DNA of 32,000 nt, from assembly GCF_000011465.1 (NCBI RefSeq), contig NC_005072.1, positions 900,001-932,000 of the forward strand, read 5' to 3'. The translations under genes were made by a program, and so were the position numbers. Below are positions 1 to 8,888 of this stretch, one piece after another. Below the pieces are notes generated by a model, which worked only from the letters and a program-made list of their open reading frames with translations, did no database searches and was not told where the DNA came from. The DNA is from Prochlorococcus marinus subsp. pastoris str. CCMP1986. GTDB lineage: Bacteria; Cyanobacteriota; Cyanobacteriia; PCC-6307; Cyanobiaceae. How positions within the stretch are numbered: position 1 is the stretch's first letter; each line of letters opens with the position of its first letter.

Positions 1-1
1 G

Positions 2-349
2 AAATTTTTCTTATTAGCATTTTTCAGTCTTTATCCATTTCTCCAAGTAAAAGCATCAACTCCTAAATCTGTAACATGCACTAGGACTGAATATAGGGAA
101 GAATATATTCCCGGTACAAAATCAAGTCCTGGTTATGTAAGAAATTACGAAATTGATGTTGAAATTCCATGTGGAGGAGAAAAGGCCAAAAATATTGATG
201 ACAATGACTGTAGTGAGGGATCAGTAATAGGCGGACTACTTGGAGCTGGAATAGCTCTCTCTTCATCTAGAGGCAAAGATAGATTTTGGGCTGTCCCAGC
301 AGGAGGCACAGCAGGTGCTCTAATTGGATGTCAGGTGGATGGTGGTTAA
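2..349 (+). CDS. 5'-truncated secreted/membrane protein with a C-terminal glycine-zipper (Gly-zipper 2TM / 17-kDa-antigen-like) segment
   Basis: The frame is open from the window edge to TAA at 347-349. It is absent from the ORF track because no start codon lies inside the window. The translation begins KFFLLAFFSLYPFLQVKA, which is signal-peptide-like. It ends GSVIGGLLGAGIALSSSRGKDRFWAVPAGGTAGALIGCQVDGG, a G/A-rich zipper. Confidence 0.6.
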   Translation, partial: KFFLLAFFSLYPFLQVKASTPKSVTCTRTEYREEYIPGTKSSPGYVRNYEIDVEIPCGGEKAKNIDDNDCSEGSVIGGLLGAGIALSSSRGKDRFWAVPAGGTAGALIGCQVDGG

Positions 350-1009
350 TTGATTAGTTGGATAAAGGGAGAATTAGTAAGTTCATGGCAAGCTAATAAT
401 AAATTTTATATTTTAGTAAACTGTCAGGGATTAGGTTATGAAATTCAGACCCTAGAATCAGTATTTTTTGATATCAATTCAAATAAGATTTCTGAAAAGG
501 AAATAATCCTCTGGCTAAAACATATAAAAAAAGAAGATTCTGATATGCTCTTTGGTTTTAGCACCAAGGACCAAAGAGATTTCTTTATTCAAATTTTAAA
601 TATTAAAGGTATAGGCTCCCAAATCGGGATGTCTTTATTAAATAAATTTTCCTTAAATCAATTAATTACGGCAATATCTAATAATGACAAAAAATCGATT
701 AGTACTGTTCAAGGTATTGGGCAAAAAATGACTGAACGAATAATCCTTGAGCTGAAAAGTAAGGTAATTAATAAAGAAATTGAAAAAGAGAATTTAAATA
801 TAAATAATTTCCTAGAAAAAAATAAAGACTTAGATTCAATTTTTAAAGATATTGATTTAACACTTCAATCTTTAAACTATTCTAAGAAAGAAATTAAAAA
901 CCTATTTCCAAAACTTATTAATAATATTAAAAATTCATCCTTAGAAAAAGAATCTATTTCTTTTGAAAATTTATTAAAAGAAGCCATGAATTATTTAGAC
1001 CATAAATAG
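350..1009 (+). CDS. ruvA: Holliday junction branch migration complex subunit RuvA
   Basis: The 219-aa product starts MISWIKGEL, a typical RuvA N-terminus. The helix-hairpin-helix region reads LNIKGIGSQIG...VQGIGQKMTERI. The start is TTG at 350, directly abutting the upstream stop codon. Confidence 0.9.
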   Translation: MISWIKGELVSSWQANNKFYILVNCQGLGYEIQTLESVFFDINSNKISEKEIILWLKHIKKEDSDMLFGFSTKDQRDFFIQILNIKGIGSQIGMSLLNKFSLNQLITAISNNDKKSISTVQGIGQKMTERIILELKSKVINKEIEKENLNINNFLEKNKDLDSIFKDIDLTLQSLNYSKKEIKNLFPKLINNIKNSSLEKESISFENLLKEAMNYLDHK

Positions 1010-1060
1010 TAGTAATTTAGACCAGTAACGTAGTAATATGTCTAAAGGTAGATAATTTTC

Positions 1061-1330
1061 ATGACTCTAGATACAGCGGAAAAACAGAAACTAATTGAAT
1101 CGCATCAAGTACATGCAACAGATACAGGATCTGTTGAGGTGCAAGTTGCTATGCTTTCTGAAAGAATTTCAAAATTAAGTGACCATCTACAGGGAAATAT
1201 TCACGATTATGCATCAAGACAGGGCCTATTAAAAATGATAGGAAAAAGAAAAAGGTTACTATCATACATAAAAGGTAAAAATCCCCAAAACTATCAAGAT
1301 CTAATTAAAAAAATTGGAATCAGAGGATGA
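1061..1330 (+). CDS. rpsO: 30S ribosomal protein S15
   Basis: The 89-aa product contains [22 protein letters not shown]...[22 protein letters not shown], the classic S15 pattern. Confidence 0.95.
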   Translation: MTLDTAEKQKLIESHQVHATDTGSVEVQVAMLSERISKLSDHLQGNIHDYASRQGLLKMIGKRKRLLSYIKGKNPQNYQDLIKKIGIRG

Positions 1331-1339
1331 TTTCCATTG

Positions 1340-1786
1340 ATGAAGAAAAAACAAGCTAAAAAGAAAAATCTTTCAAAAAAGAAAAAAATATCTGAGGTCG
1401 ATGCCTTTAGAAATATTGAAAAGAAAGTTCCATCATTAACCCAAAAAAGCAAACAATCTAGCGGTATACCAAAATATGTAGCTGACAGAATGGCTAGGAG
1501 AATCTTTTTTACGGCTGGAATACCAACAATTATGGGTATGTCAGTGTTTGTTATAAGTTATATAATCGTCACAAGAAATATTGCTGAAATTCCTCCTTCT
1601 TCAACAATAGCAATATCAGCATTATTCTTTTTATTAGGACTAGGGGGGTTAAGTTTTGGAATATTATCTGCTAGTTGGGATAAAGAACCAGGAAGTTTTT
1701 TTGGTATAGAAAATATCCCCTTAAATATTCAAAGAGCAAAGGCTGCATTTAAACCAGCATCTCAAAACTTTGATGAGAAAAAGTAA
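1340..1786 (+). CDS. PAM68-like photosystem II assembly factor (DUF3464 family)
   Basis: The N-terminus is Lys-rich and is followed by IPKYVADRMARRIFFTAGIP, two TM helices and SFGILSASWDKEPGSFFG. From memory, this matches the PAM68 signature IPxxVxxRMxxR...SYGIxSSSWD. ATG at 1340 is preferred over TTG at 1337. Confidence 0.75.
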   Translation: MKKKQAKKKNLSKKKKISEVDAFRNIEKKVPSLTQKSKQSSGIPKYVADRMARRIFFTAGIPTIMGMSVFVISYIIVTRNIAEIPPSSTIAISALFFLLGLGGLSFGILSASWDKEPGSFFGIENIPLNIQRAKAAFKPASQNFDEKK

Positions 1787-1787
1787 A

Positions 1788-4700
1788 TTATGCAATCATA
1801 GATTTCAAATTTACTTGAAAAGACTTATCAGAGAGTAATTTCGAAACACCAAGAATATCTCCAACACAAAATTGATCTCCAAACTTAACATAAGTTATAG
1901 AGTCATTATTTCTAACAGCAGCTAATACTGGAATTTTAATTCCACATTTATCTCTATCTGGTTTAAATTTAACTAAACAATCTCTTATTGTGTTTTGAAT
2001 TCTTATATCTGAGGCTTGGGAACTATCAAGATTAATGACAAGTAACTTTAAGTTATCAATTTCTCTGCAGTCATCAATAATTAATTGAGTCTTATCACTT
2101 TTTTTATCAATAGTGCCCCAGACTAATAGTCTTGTATCAGTAAGTAAAAATTCAGATAATCGACAATACGTTTTAGGGAATACTATTGCCTCGCAACTTC
2201 CAGAAAGATCTTCAAGTTGCACAATAGCCATTCTGTCGCCTTTTCTTGTAGTAATTTGCTTTAATTCTGGAATCATTCCAACTAAAGAGACTTTTGTTCT
2301 GTCGTGTGAGTTTTCTAATTGAGAGATACTTATAGGAGAAACAAGTTTAGCTGGCTTTGCAAGATGTTTTAAAGGATGATCTGATAAATAAAAACCTAAA
2401 AGTTGCTTTTCTAATTTAAGCTTTTCAATTAAGGAGTAATCTTCAACTTTAGATCCTTGAGATAAAGAAAATTCTTTGGTATCGTTTTTACTAATTGAAT
2501 CAAATAAATTTCCTTGTCCAGAAATCCGATCACGATTACGTGAGGATGCCCATTCCATAACATATTCAAGATCTGAAAAAAGTTGAGCTCTATTATTATT
2601 TTCAGAGAATTCATCAAGGGCTCCACAATGAATTAATGATTCTAGATTCCTTTTATTTAAAATATTAGAGGGTAAACGATCGCATAAATCAGAAAATGAT
2701 TTGAAAACTCCTAGTTTATTACGATTATCAATTATATTTCTTATAGCTGAATCTCCGAGATTTTTAATAGCTGATAATCCAAATAAAATTTGATCCTTTT
2801 TAATAGTAAAATCAATTCCCGATAGATTAATACTTGGTGAAATGACTTCTATTCCCATGGAATAACAATTAGAAATATATCTCTGCATTTTGTCACTTGA
2901 ACCAGCATTAACACTTAGAAGAGAAGCCATATAAGCTACTGGATAATGTGCTTTTAAAAAAGCAGTTTGGTAAGTGACAGCTCCATATGCAGTGGAATGA
3001 CTTTTATTAAAACAATACTCAGCGAATAAAACCATTTGATCAAAAAGATCATTAGCAATTTTTTTATCTACACCTTTTTTACAGGATCCTTCAATGAAAA
3101 TATTACGATGTTTAACCATCTCAGATACTTTCTTCTTTCCCATTGCTCTTCTTAACAAGTCCGCATCCCCAAGCGAATATCCTGCCAAATCTTGAGCAAT
3201 TTTCATAATTTGCTCTTGATAAACCATTATTCCATAGGTTTCAGTGAGAATAGATTCAATAAAAGGATGAGGAAAATCTATTTTTTCACTCCCATTTTTT
3301 CTATTGATAAACTTTGGTATGAGACCAGCATCAAGAGGTCCAGGCCTATATAAAGCCAAAATAGAGGAGATATCTTCAAGAGAATTTGGCTTAAAGTCTT
3401 TAACAACTTGTTTCATCCCAGATGATTCCAATTGAAATACCCCTTCTAAATCTCCTCTTCCAATAAGATCAAAAGTTTTATTATCTTTTGGAGGTAATTT
3501 GTCGATATTTATTTTTTGTCCTGTGGAACTTTCAATTAAAGATATAGTCTTATCTATCATTGTAAGATTTTTAAGGCCTAAGAAGTCCATTTTTAATAAG
3601 CCTAACGATTCAATATCATCCATTGAATATTGTGTAATTATTTGTCCTTCATTATTTCTTTGTAGTGGTACGAGCATATCTAAAGGATCAGATGCTATTA
3701 CAACTCCTGCGGCGTGAACACCATATGTTTTATTAGTACCCTCAATTCTCAATGCCAAATCAATCCATTTTTTTACCTTGATATCTTTTAAATATTTATC
3801 CCTAAATTCAGGACTAGGAGATTTTTTATCAATCATTTCATTCAGCTTATAAGGTTTCCCCCTTACAACTGGTATTAACTTTGCTAACTTATCTGATTCT
3901 CCATAAGGGATATCTAGTACTCTTGCAACGTCCTTTAATACTGCTTTTGATGTCATTTTATTAAAGGTAATTATTTGCGCAACTTTATCTTCGCCATATC
4001 TATTGGTTACATAATCAATAACTTCATTTCTCCTGTCAATACAAAAATCTGTATCAATATCAGGCATAGATTTTCTTGCTGGATTTAAGAATCTCTCAAA
4101 TAATAATCCATGTTTAACTGGATCAATGTTTGTAATTTGAAGAGCATATGCTACGAGTGAACCTGCAGCAGAACCTCTGCCTGGGCCAACAGGTATAGAG
4201 CTATCTCTAGCAAATTTTATATAATCCCACACAACTAAGAAATAGTCTGGGAAACCCATATCATCTATTATTTTTAATTCTGAAGTTAACCTTTTCTTGT
4301 AGATTTCATCGATTTCATCAAGATTATTTTTATTAAGCCTACTTAAAAGACCCTGCTTAGTTATTTTGGTCAAAAATGATAAGGAGTCAGTCTCCTCTTT
4401 TAAAGGGAACTTTGGCATTCTATAGGTACCGAACAACTCAAATTCCTCAATCTTTTGTGAAACCTCAACCGTATTATTTATTGCTTCTTTAATAGATTCT
4501 TTATCAATATGATCGTTAAAAAGTCTTAGCATTTCATCTTCACTTTTAATATATTCTGTTCCCGTATATCTCAATCTTTTTTCGTCACTTATTAATTTTC
4601 CCGTAAGAACACAAAGTAAGGCGTCATGAGCTTCAACATCCATGTTTGAGATATAATGAGCATCATTTGTAGCAATAACTTTAATTTGGTGCTCTTTACC

Positions 4701-5285
4701 GATTCTTATTAATTCAACATTTACAATTCTGTCTTCGATAGAACCATGGTCTTGTATTTCTAAATAAAAATCATCTCCAAATATTCTCTTATACCAAACA
4801 GCAGTATTCTCAGCGACATCAATCCTTCCTTTTAAGATTGCTTGAGGAATCTCTCCACCTAAACATGCTGTTGAAATAATAAGACCATCATTATATTTTT
4901 CTAAAAGAGATTTATCAATACAAGGTCTAGAAAAGATACCTCTGCCCCTCATACCATTAAGATGGCTAATCGTTGTTAACTTTACAAGATTCTTATAGCC
5001 TGTATGATTTTTGGCTAATACTACCAAATGATATCTTTTTTCCTTTTTTGGTTGAGGATCATCGATGGAACCATTGATAATGTACATTTCATTACCAATG
5101 ATTGGTTTTATACCCTTACTTTTGCATTTTTTTACTAAATCAAGAACGCCATACATTACTCCATGATCGGTCAAAGCAATTGAATCCATGCCAAGTTCAC
5201 AAGCTCTATCAACAATTTTCGAAACTTGACTTGCTCCATCTAGAAGGCTGTAATCGCTATGATTATGTAGTGGAACAAAACCCAT
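1788..5285 (-). CDS. dnaE: DNA polymerase III alpha subunit, contiguous with no intein
   Basis: The product is 1165 aa. The PHP domain N-terminus reads FVPLHNHSDYSLLDG. The polymerase core includes PDIDTDF and GLLKMDFLGL. An OB-fold tail is present. Confidence 0.97.
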   Translation of the reverse strand: MGFVPLHNHSDYSLLDGASQVSKIVDRACELGMDSIALTDHGVMYGVLDLVKKCKSKGIKPIIGNEMYIINGSIDDPQPKKEKRYHLVVLAKNHTGYKNLVKLTTISHLNGMRGRGIFSRPCIDKSLLEKYNDGLIISTACLGGEIPQAILKGRIDVAENTAVWYKRIFGDDFYLEIQDHGSIEDRIVNVELIRIGKEHQIKVIATNDAHYISNMDVEAHDALLCVLTGKLISDEKRLRYTGTEYIKSEDEMLRLFNDHIDKESIKEAINNTVEVSQKIEEFELFGTYRMPKFPLKEETDSLSFLTKITKQGLLSRLNKNNLDEIDEIYKKRLTSELKIIDDMGFPDYFLVVWDYIKFARDSSIPVGPGRGSAAGSLVAYALQITNIDPVKHGLLFERFLNPARKSMPDIDTDFCIDRRNEVIDYVTNRYGEDKVAQIITFNKMTSKAVLKDVARVLDIPYGESDKLAKLIPVVRGKPYKLNEMIDKKSPSPEFRDKYLKDIKVKKWIDLALRIEGTNKTYGVHAAGVVIASDPLDMLVPLQRNNEGQIITQYSMDDIESLGLLKMDFLGLKNLTMIDKTISLIESSTGQKINIDKLPPKDNKTFDLIGRGDLEGVFQLESSGMKQVVKDFKPNSLEDISSILALYRPGPLDAGLIPKFINRKNGSEKIDFPHPFIESILTETYGIMVYQEQIMKIAQDLAGYSLGDADLLRRAMGKKKVSEMVKHRNIFIEGSCKKGVDKKIANDLFDQMVLFAEYCFNKSHSTAYGAVTYQTAFLKAHYPVAYMASLLSVNAGSSDKMQRYISNCYSMGIEVISPSINLSGIDFTIKKDQILFGLSAIKNLGDSAIRNIIDNRNKLGVFKSFSDLCDRLPSNILNKRNLESLIHCGALDEFSENNNRAQLFSDLEYVMEWASSRNRDRISGQGNLFDSISKNDTKEFSLSQGSKVEDYSLIEKLKLEKQLLGFYLSDHPLKHLAKPAKLVSPISISQLENSHDRTKVSLVGMIPELKQITTRKGDRMAIVQLEDLSGSCEAIVFPKTYCRLSEFLLTDTRLLVWGTIDKKSDKTQLIIDDCREIDNLKLLVINLDSSQASDIRIQNTIRDCLVKFKPDRDKCGIKIPVLAAVRNNDSITYVKFGDQFCVGDILGVSKLLSDKSFQVNLKSMIA

Positions 5286-5363
5286 ATTTAATTAATTTAT
5301 ATTTACAAGATAGAGAATATTTTAAAAAATTCTATATTTTACTAATACAAATTAATTATTAAT

Positions 5364-6818
5364 TCAAATTTCAATATTAGGTTTAGTATTCATTACTTCA
5401 GCATCTTTTTCAAATATATTAGCAACATTCAATATTCGATGCTCCTCCAAAACATTTCCGATTAATTGAAGACCGATAGGTAAGCCCTTTTTATCAAATC
5501 CACATGGGATGCTGATAGCTGGGAGTCCAGCAAGATTTACTGGAACAGTTAAAAGATCAGACAAATACATTGATAAAGGGTCATTTACAAAATCACCTTT
5601 TAAGAATGCAGTTGTAGGACATGTGGGGGTCAATAAAACATCAACTTCATTAAAAGCATTATCAAAGTCACTTCTAATTAAAGTCCTTACTCTTTGAGCT
5701 TTCTTGTAATAAGCATCACTATACCCTGCAGACAAAGCATAGGTACCAATCAAAATTCGTCTTTGTACTTCATCCCCAAATCCTTCAGCTCTACTCTTAC
5801 ATATCATTTCTAATAAATTAGACTCACCTTCTGATCTGTATCCGTATTTAACCCCATCATATCTTGCTAAATTAGCTGAAGCCTCACATGGAGCAATAAC
5901 ATAATAAGTTGCTATACCATCATTAAATCTTGGACACTTTATGTCGTGAATTTCAGCACCCAAAGATCTGAATCTCTCAACACTAGATAAAACTGATTCC
6001 TTAACTTCAGGATCAAGTCCTGGATGGTCAAAACATTCTTCGATAATGCCTATTTTAATACCTTTAATAGATTTATCTAGATCTGACAAGTAATTAGGGA
6101 CTGGTTTGTCAAGACATGTTGAATCAAGATTATCCTTCCCAGAAATTGAATAAAGGATCTCAGCAGCATCAGACACAGTATTTGTAATTGGACCTATTTG
6201 ATCAAGAGAACTTGCAAATGCAATTAGCCCCCATCTGCTTACTCTTCCGTATGTGGGTTTTAGGCCTACAACTCCACAAAAAGATGCTGGCTGCCTTATG
6301 GAGCCTCCAGTATCTGAACCAATAGCGGCTAAGCATAAACCAGCTGCTACTGAAGCGGCACTACCACCAGAACTTCCCCCAGGTACTCTATTTACATCCC
6401 ATGGATTTGATGTCGTACCAAATACGGAAGTCTCAGTCGAACTACCCATTGCAAATTCATCTAAATTAGTTTTTCCTAAACAAATACCGCCTAATGACCA
6501 TAATTTACCTGAGGCAGAAGACTCGTATGGAGAAACAAAGTCTTTAAGCATTTTACTTGAACAAGAGGTAACAACTCCCTTCGTACAAATATTATCTTTG
6601 ATCGCAATCGGTATACCCGCAAGCGAAGGAAGTTTTTGATTATTAGTAATTAATTTATCAATATTTTCAGATTGAGAATTAGCAATTTTTTTTGTTAAAC
6701 AAGTATATGCATTTATTTTTGGATTTAATGAATCAATTTTTAAAAAGAATTCGTTTACTAATTCTTTAACTGAAGCATTCCCACTATATATTTCCTTTCT
6801 AAAAGAATTAAAGTTCAT
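5364..6818 (-). CDS. gatA: Glu-tRNA(Gln) amidotransferase subunit A
   Basis: The product is 484 aa. The amidase signature reads [14 protein letters not shown]...[12 protein letters not shown]. Confidence 0.95.
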   Translation of the reverse strand: MNFNSFRKEIYSGNASVKELVNEFFLKIDSLNPKINAYTCLTKKIANSQSENIDKLITNNQKLPSLAGIPIAIKDNICTKGVVTSCSSKMLKDFVSPYESSASGKLWSLGGICLGKTNLDEFAMGSSTETSVFGTTSNPWDVNRVPGGSSGGSAASVAAGLCLAAIGSDTGGSIRQPASFCGVVGLKPTYGRVSRWGLIAFASSLDQIGPITNTVSDAAEILYSISGKDNLDSTCLDKPVPNYLSDLDKSIKGIKIGIIEECFDHPGLDPEVKESVLSSVERFRSLGAEIHDIKCPRFNDGIATYYVIAPCEASANLARYDGVKYGYRSEGESNLLEMICKSRAEGFGDEVQRRILIGTYALSAGYSDAYYKKAQRVRTLIRSDFDNAFNEVDVLLTPTCPTTAFLKGDFVNDPLSMYLSDLLTVPVNLAGLPAISIPCGFDKKGLPIGLQLIGNVLEEHRILNVANIFEKDAEVMNTKPNIEI

Positions 6819-6850
6819 ATCAAAATCGAAAAATTAAATAGAATTAGTTA

Positions 6851-7093
6851 TCAAACAGTTAATGGTTCTTCTTTATTACATCTAACAATTTTGTGTTTAA
6901 TATCTTTTGAACCCTCGTCTGAAAGATCAGTAAGAAATTTTTCTAGATTTTCGTTAAGACCTCGTTTTGTAAGAAATGGACCATACCAATAAGTTACTGA
7001 AGGGGTTCCAGTTTCAACTTTTGCCCACCAAGCTAAACCAAGTTTGTTACCTAAATTTCTAATCAATTTTCTTGGCCTTCTTTTAAAGACCAT
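6851..7093 (-). CDS. Conserved cyanobacterial small protein, DUF1816-like
   Basis: The product is 80 aa. The motif GLAWWAKVETGTPSVTYWYGPF...IVRC..EEPLT resembles the DUF1816 pattern as I remember it. Confidence 0.7.
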   Translation of the reverse strand: MVFKRRPRKLIRNLGNKLGLAWWAKVETGTPSVTYWYGPFLTKRGLNENLEKFLTDLSDEGSKDIKHKIVRCNKEEPLTV

Positions 7094-7196
7094 AAATTCT
7101 TGTTAAATTCTATACAATTTCTTACTATTTATTCAAGTAATTTTGATTAATTAAATAAATATATATCGAAATAATGATATTTACTAGATAATTAAA

Positions 7197-8483
7197 TTAA
7201 TTATTTGATAGATAACACAAGGAAATAGCAGCGGCTACGGATGCATTCAAGCTGGAAGTTTTACCTTTAAGAGGAATTTTAAGTAAATAATCACATTTTT
7301 TTTGGACTAGCAAAGAGATTCCTTTATTTTCTGCTCCAACTATTACAACAACAGGAGCTTTTTCCTTAAATTCTGAAATGGGAACTTGACCATCTCCAGA
7401 CAAACCAATAATGATAAACCCCTTTTTCTTTAATTCATCAATAGCTCTATTTAGATTTACTACTCTGCTTACAGGTATATGCTCTAGTGCTCCAGCCGCA
7501 ACTTTTGCAACAGTTCCAGTTAAACCTGCAGATCTTCTTTGTGGAACAATAATACCTTTGCAATCAAAAGCTTCTGCTGATCTAATAATTGCACCAAAGT
7601 TGTGAGGATCTGTCACGCCATCCAATGCAACAATAATAGGATTAGAGGATTTACTTTTCGATATATCAATTAATTTTTCTAAAGATATTGACTCGGTAGA
7701 AGCATGTTGTAAAGCAACACCTTGATGAACGGCTCCGGATGTTAGTTGTGAGAGTCTAGACCAAGGCACCTCTTCTATTAAAACACCTTTTGACTTAAGG
7801 TCTTTTAATAATAGGTAAAATTTTTCTGAAGAAAAAATTTCAGAAGTACACCAAATTCTATTGATTGGTCTTTCACTATTTAAAGCAGCAAAAACAGAAT
7901 GCTTACCCCAAATCCAGTCTTCATAATTTCTTTCATTTGGACTCAATTGAAATTTTTTTGAACTGTTTTCAGAATAATTTTCAGTTTGTTGAGCGTTAGA
8001 GGAAAATCTCGTTTGTGATTGATTAAAACTATTTCTAGGTTTTTCTTTTGATTTCAAGTAGCTGTATTCGTTACTTTTAATAGCGCCTTTTCTTTCGTAA
8101 TCGTCTCTTCTTTTAAAATCGTCTCTTCTATTAGAATCATCTCTTCTTTTAAAATTATCTCTTCTATTAAAATCGTATCTCCTATTTAAATCGTCTCGGC
8201 TTTTAAAATTATCTCTTCTTTTAGAATCATCTCGCCTTTTAAAATTATCTCTTCTATTAAAATCGTCTCTCCTATTTAAATCGTCTCTTCTATTAGAATT
8301 GTCTCTTTTATTAGAATTGTCTCTTCTATTAGAATTGTCTCTTCTATTAGAATTGTCTCTTCTATTAGAATCGTCTCTTGTATTTAAATCATTTCCTTTT
8401 TTAAAATTATTTTTTGATTGTGATCTTCTATTTTCTGTATCATTCCTTTTTGTTGAATAATTATTTTTAGTAAAGTTTTTCAT
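7197..8483 (-). CDS. rlmB: 23S rRNA (guanosine-2'-O)-methyltransferase RlmB (SpoU/TrmH family) with an N-terminal low-complexity extension of about 190 aa
   Basis: The C-terminal 240 aa include a SpoU substrate-binding region (WIWGKHSVFAALNSERPINRIW) and methylase motifs (LDGVTDPHNFGAIIRSAEAF, VGAENKGIS, LNASVAAAI). The N-terminus carries xxxRRD hexapeptide repeats. Confidence 0.9.
   Translation of the reverse strand: MKNFTKNNYSTKRNDTENRRSQSKNNFKKGNDLNTRDDSNRRDNSNRRDNSNRRDNSNKRDNSNRRDDLNRRDDFNRRDNFKRRDDSKRRDNFKSRDDLNRRYDFNRRDNFKRRDDSNRRDDFKRRDDYERKGAIKSNEYSYLKSKEKPRNSFNQSQTRFSSNAQQTENYSENSSKKFQLSPNERNYEDWIWGKHSVFAALNSERPINRIWCTSEIFSSEKFYLLLKDLKSKGVLIEEVPWSRLSQLTSGAVHQGVALQHASTESISLEKLIDISKSKSSNPIIVALDGVTDPHNFGAIIRSAEAFDCKGIIVPQRRSAGLTGTVAKVAAGALEHIPVSRVVNLNRAIDELKKKGFIIIGLSGDGQVPISEFKEKAPVVVIVGAENKGISLLVQKKCDYLLKIPLKGKTSSLNASVAAAISLCYLSNN
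8085..8390 (-). repeat. 18-bp in-frame tandem repeat array of about 17 units inside rlmB
   Basis: The + strand shows attagaattgtctcttct repeated perfectly several times at 8290-8370, with degenerate copies back to about 8085. The array encodes DSNRRD, NSNRRD, NSNRRD, NSNKRD, NSNRRD, DLNRRD, DFNRRD, NFKRRD, DSKRRD, NFKSRD, DLNRRY, DFNRRD, NFKRRD, DSNRRD and DFKRRD, plus degenerate flanking units. Confidence 0.9.
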
Positions 8484-8495
8484 AAATCTTATAGC

Positions 8496-8888
8496 TTATT
8501 TACACTCTAGGTATTCAAAAAATTTAGACAATCTTTTAGGGTCTTTTAGAAATAACCAACCAACTAAAGCTTCAAAACCTGTTGCTCTTGAATAGATAGC
8601 AGGATCTGAAGATTTTGGAAATCGCTTTGTTTTATTTCTAGCTCGTCTTATTAAATTAATTTCAAATGAATTTAATAAATGTTCAATTTCATCTAATGCT
8701 TTTGATTGAGCTTGAGCTTTTACTTCATTAACAACTGAAAGATGAAGATCTCTTGATTTTAATGGAATATGAATATGGCGTAATCTTTGATGTAACTCCC
8801 AGACAGAATCCCCTAGCCAAGCAAGTTGAATAACACCTATCTCATCAGGAGAACCATCAGGAGCAAGATTTTGTATCCAATAATTCAA
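8496..8888 (-). CDS. mrnC: Mini-ribonuclease III (23S rRNA maturation)
   Basis: The product is 130 aa. LAWLGDSVWELHQRL is the Mini-III/RNase III catalytic signature. The start is TTG at 8886-8888 and overlaps the TGA stop of the upstream STAS ORF. Confidence 0.85.
   Translation of the reverse strand: MNYWIQNLAPDGSPDEIGVIQLAWLGDSVWELHQRLRHIHIPLKSRDLHLSVVNEVKAQAQSKALDEIEHLLNSFEINLIRRARNKTKRFPKSSDPAIYSRATGFEALVGWLFLKDPKRLSKFFEYLECK

Noticed and set aside
81-266. 61-aa minus-strand ORF from the track
   Set aside because: It lies antisense to a better +-strand frame (2-349) that has a signal peptide and a Gly-zipper. Its own sequence is low-complexity with no motif.
2113-3717. Track ORFs 2113-2322(+), 2429-2626(-) and 3499-3717(+)
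   Set aside because: All three lie inside dnaE, either antisense or out of frame. They are shadow ORFs typical of AT-rich coding DNA.
1788-5285. Possibility of a split or intein-containing dnaE, as in several other cyanobacteria
   Set aside because: The ORF is a single contiguous 1165 aa. It has a normal PHP, polymerase core and OB-fold order, and there is no extra block with intein splice motifs.
5102-6639. Track ORFs 5102-5362(+), 5509-5697(+) and 6253-6639(+)
   Set aside because: The first overlaps the dnaE start and promoter region. The other two are antisense to gatA. None has a recognisable motif.
7411-7605. 64-aa +-strand ORF
   Set aside because: It is antisense to the conserved methylase domain of rlmB.
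8085-8390. The 18-bp tandem repeat as a CRISPR array or minisatellite outside genes
   Set aside because: The units are directly tandem with no spacers. They are in frame within rlmB, the period is a multiple of 3, and no cas genes are present.
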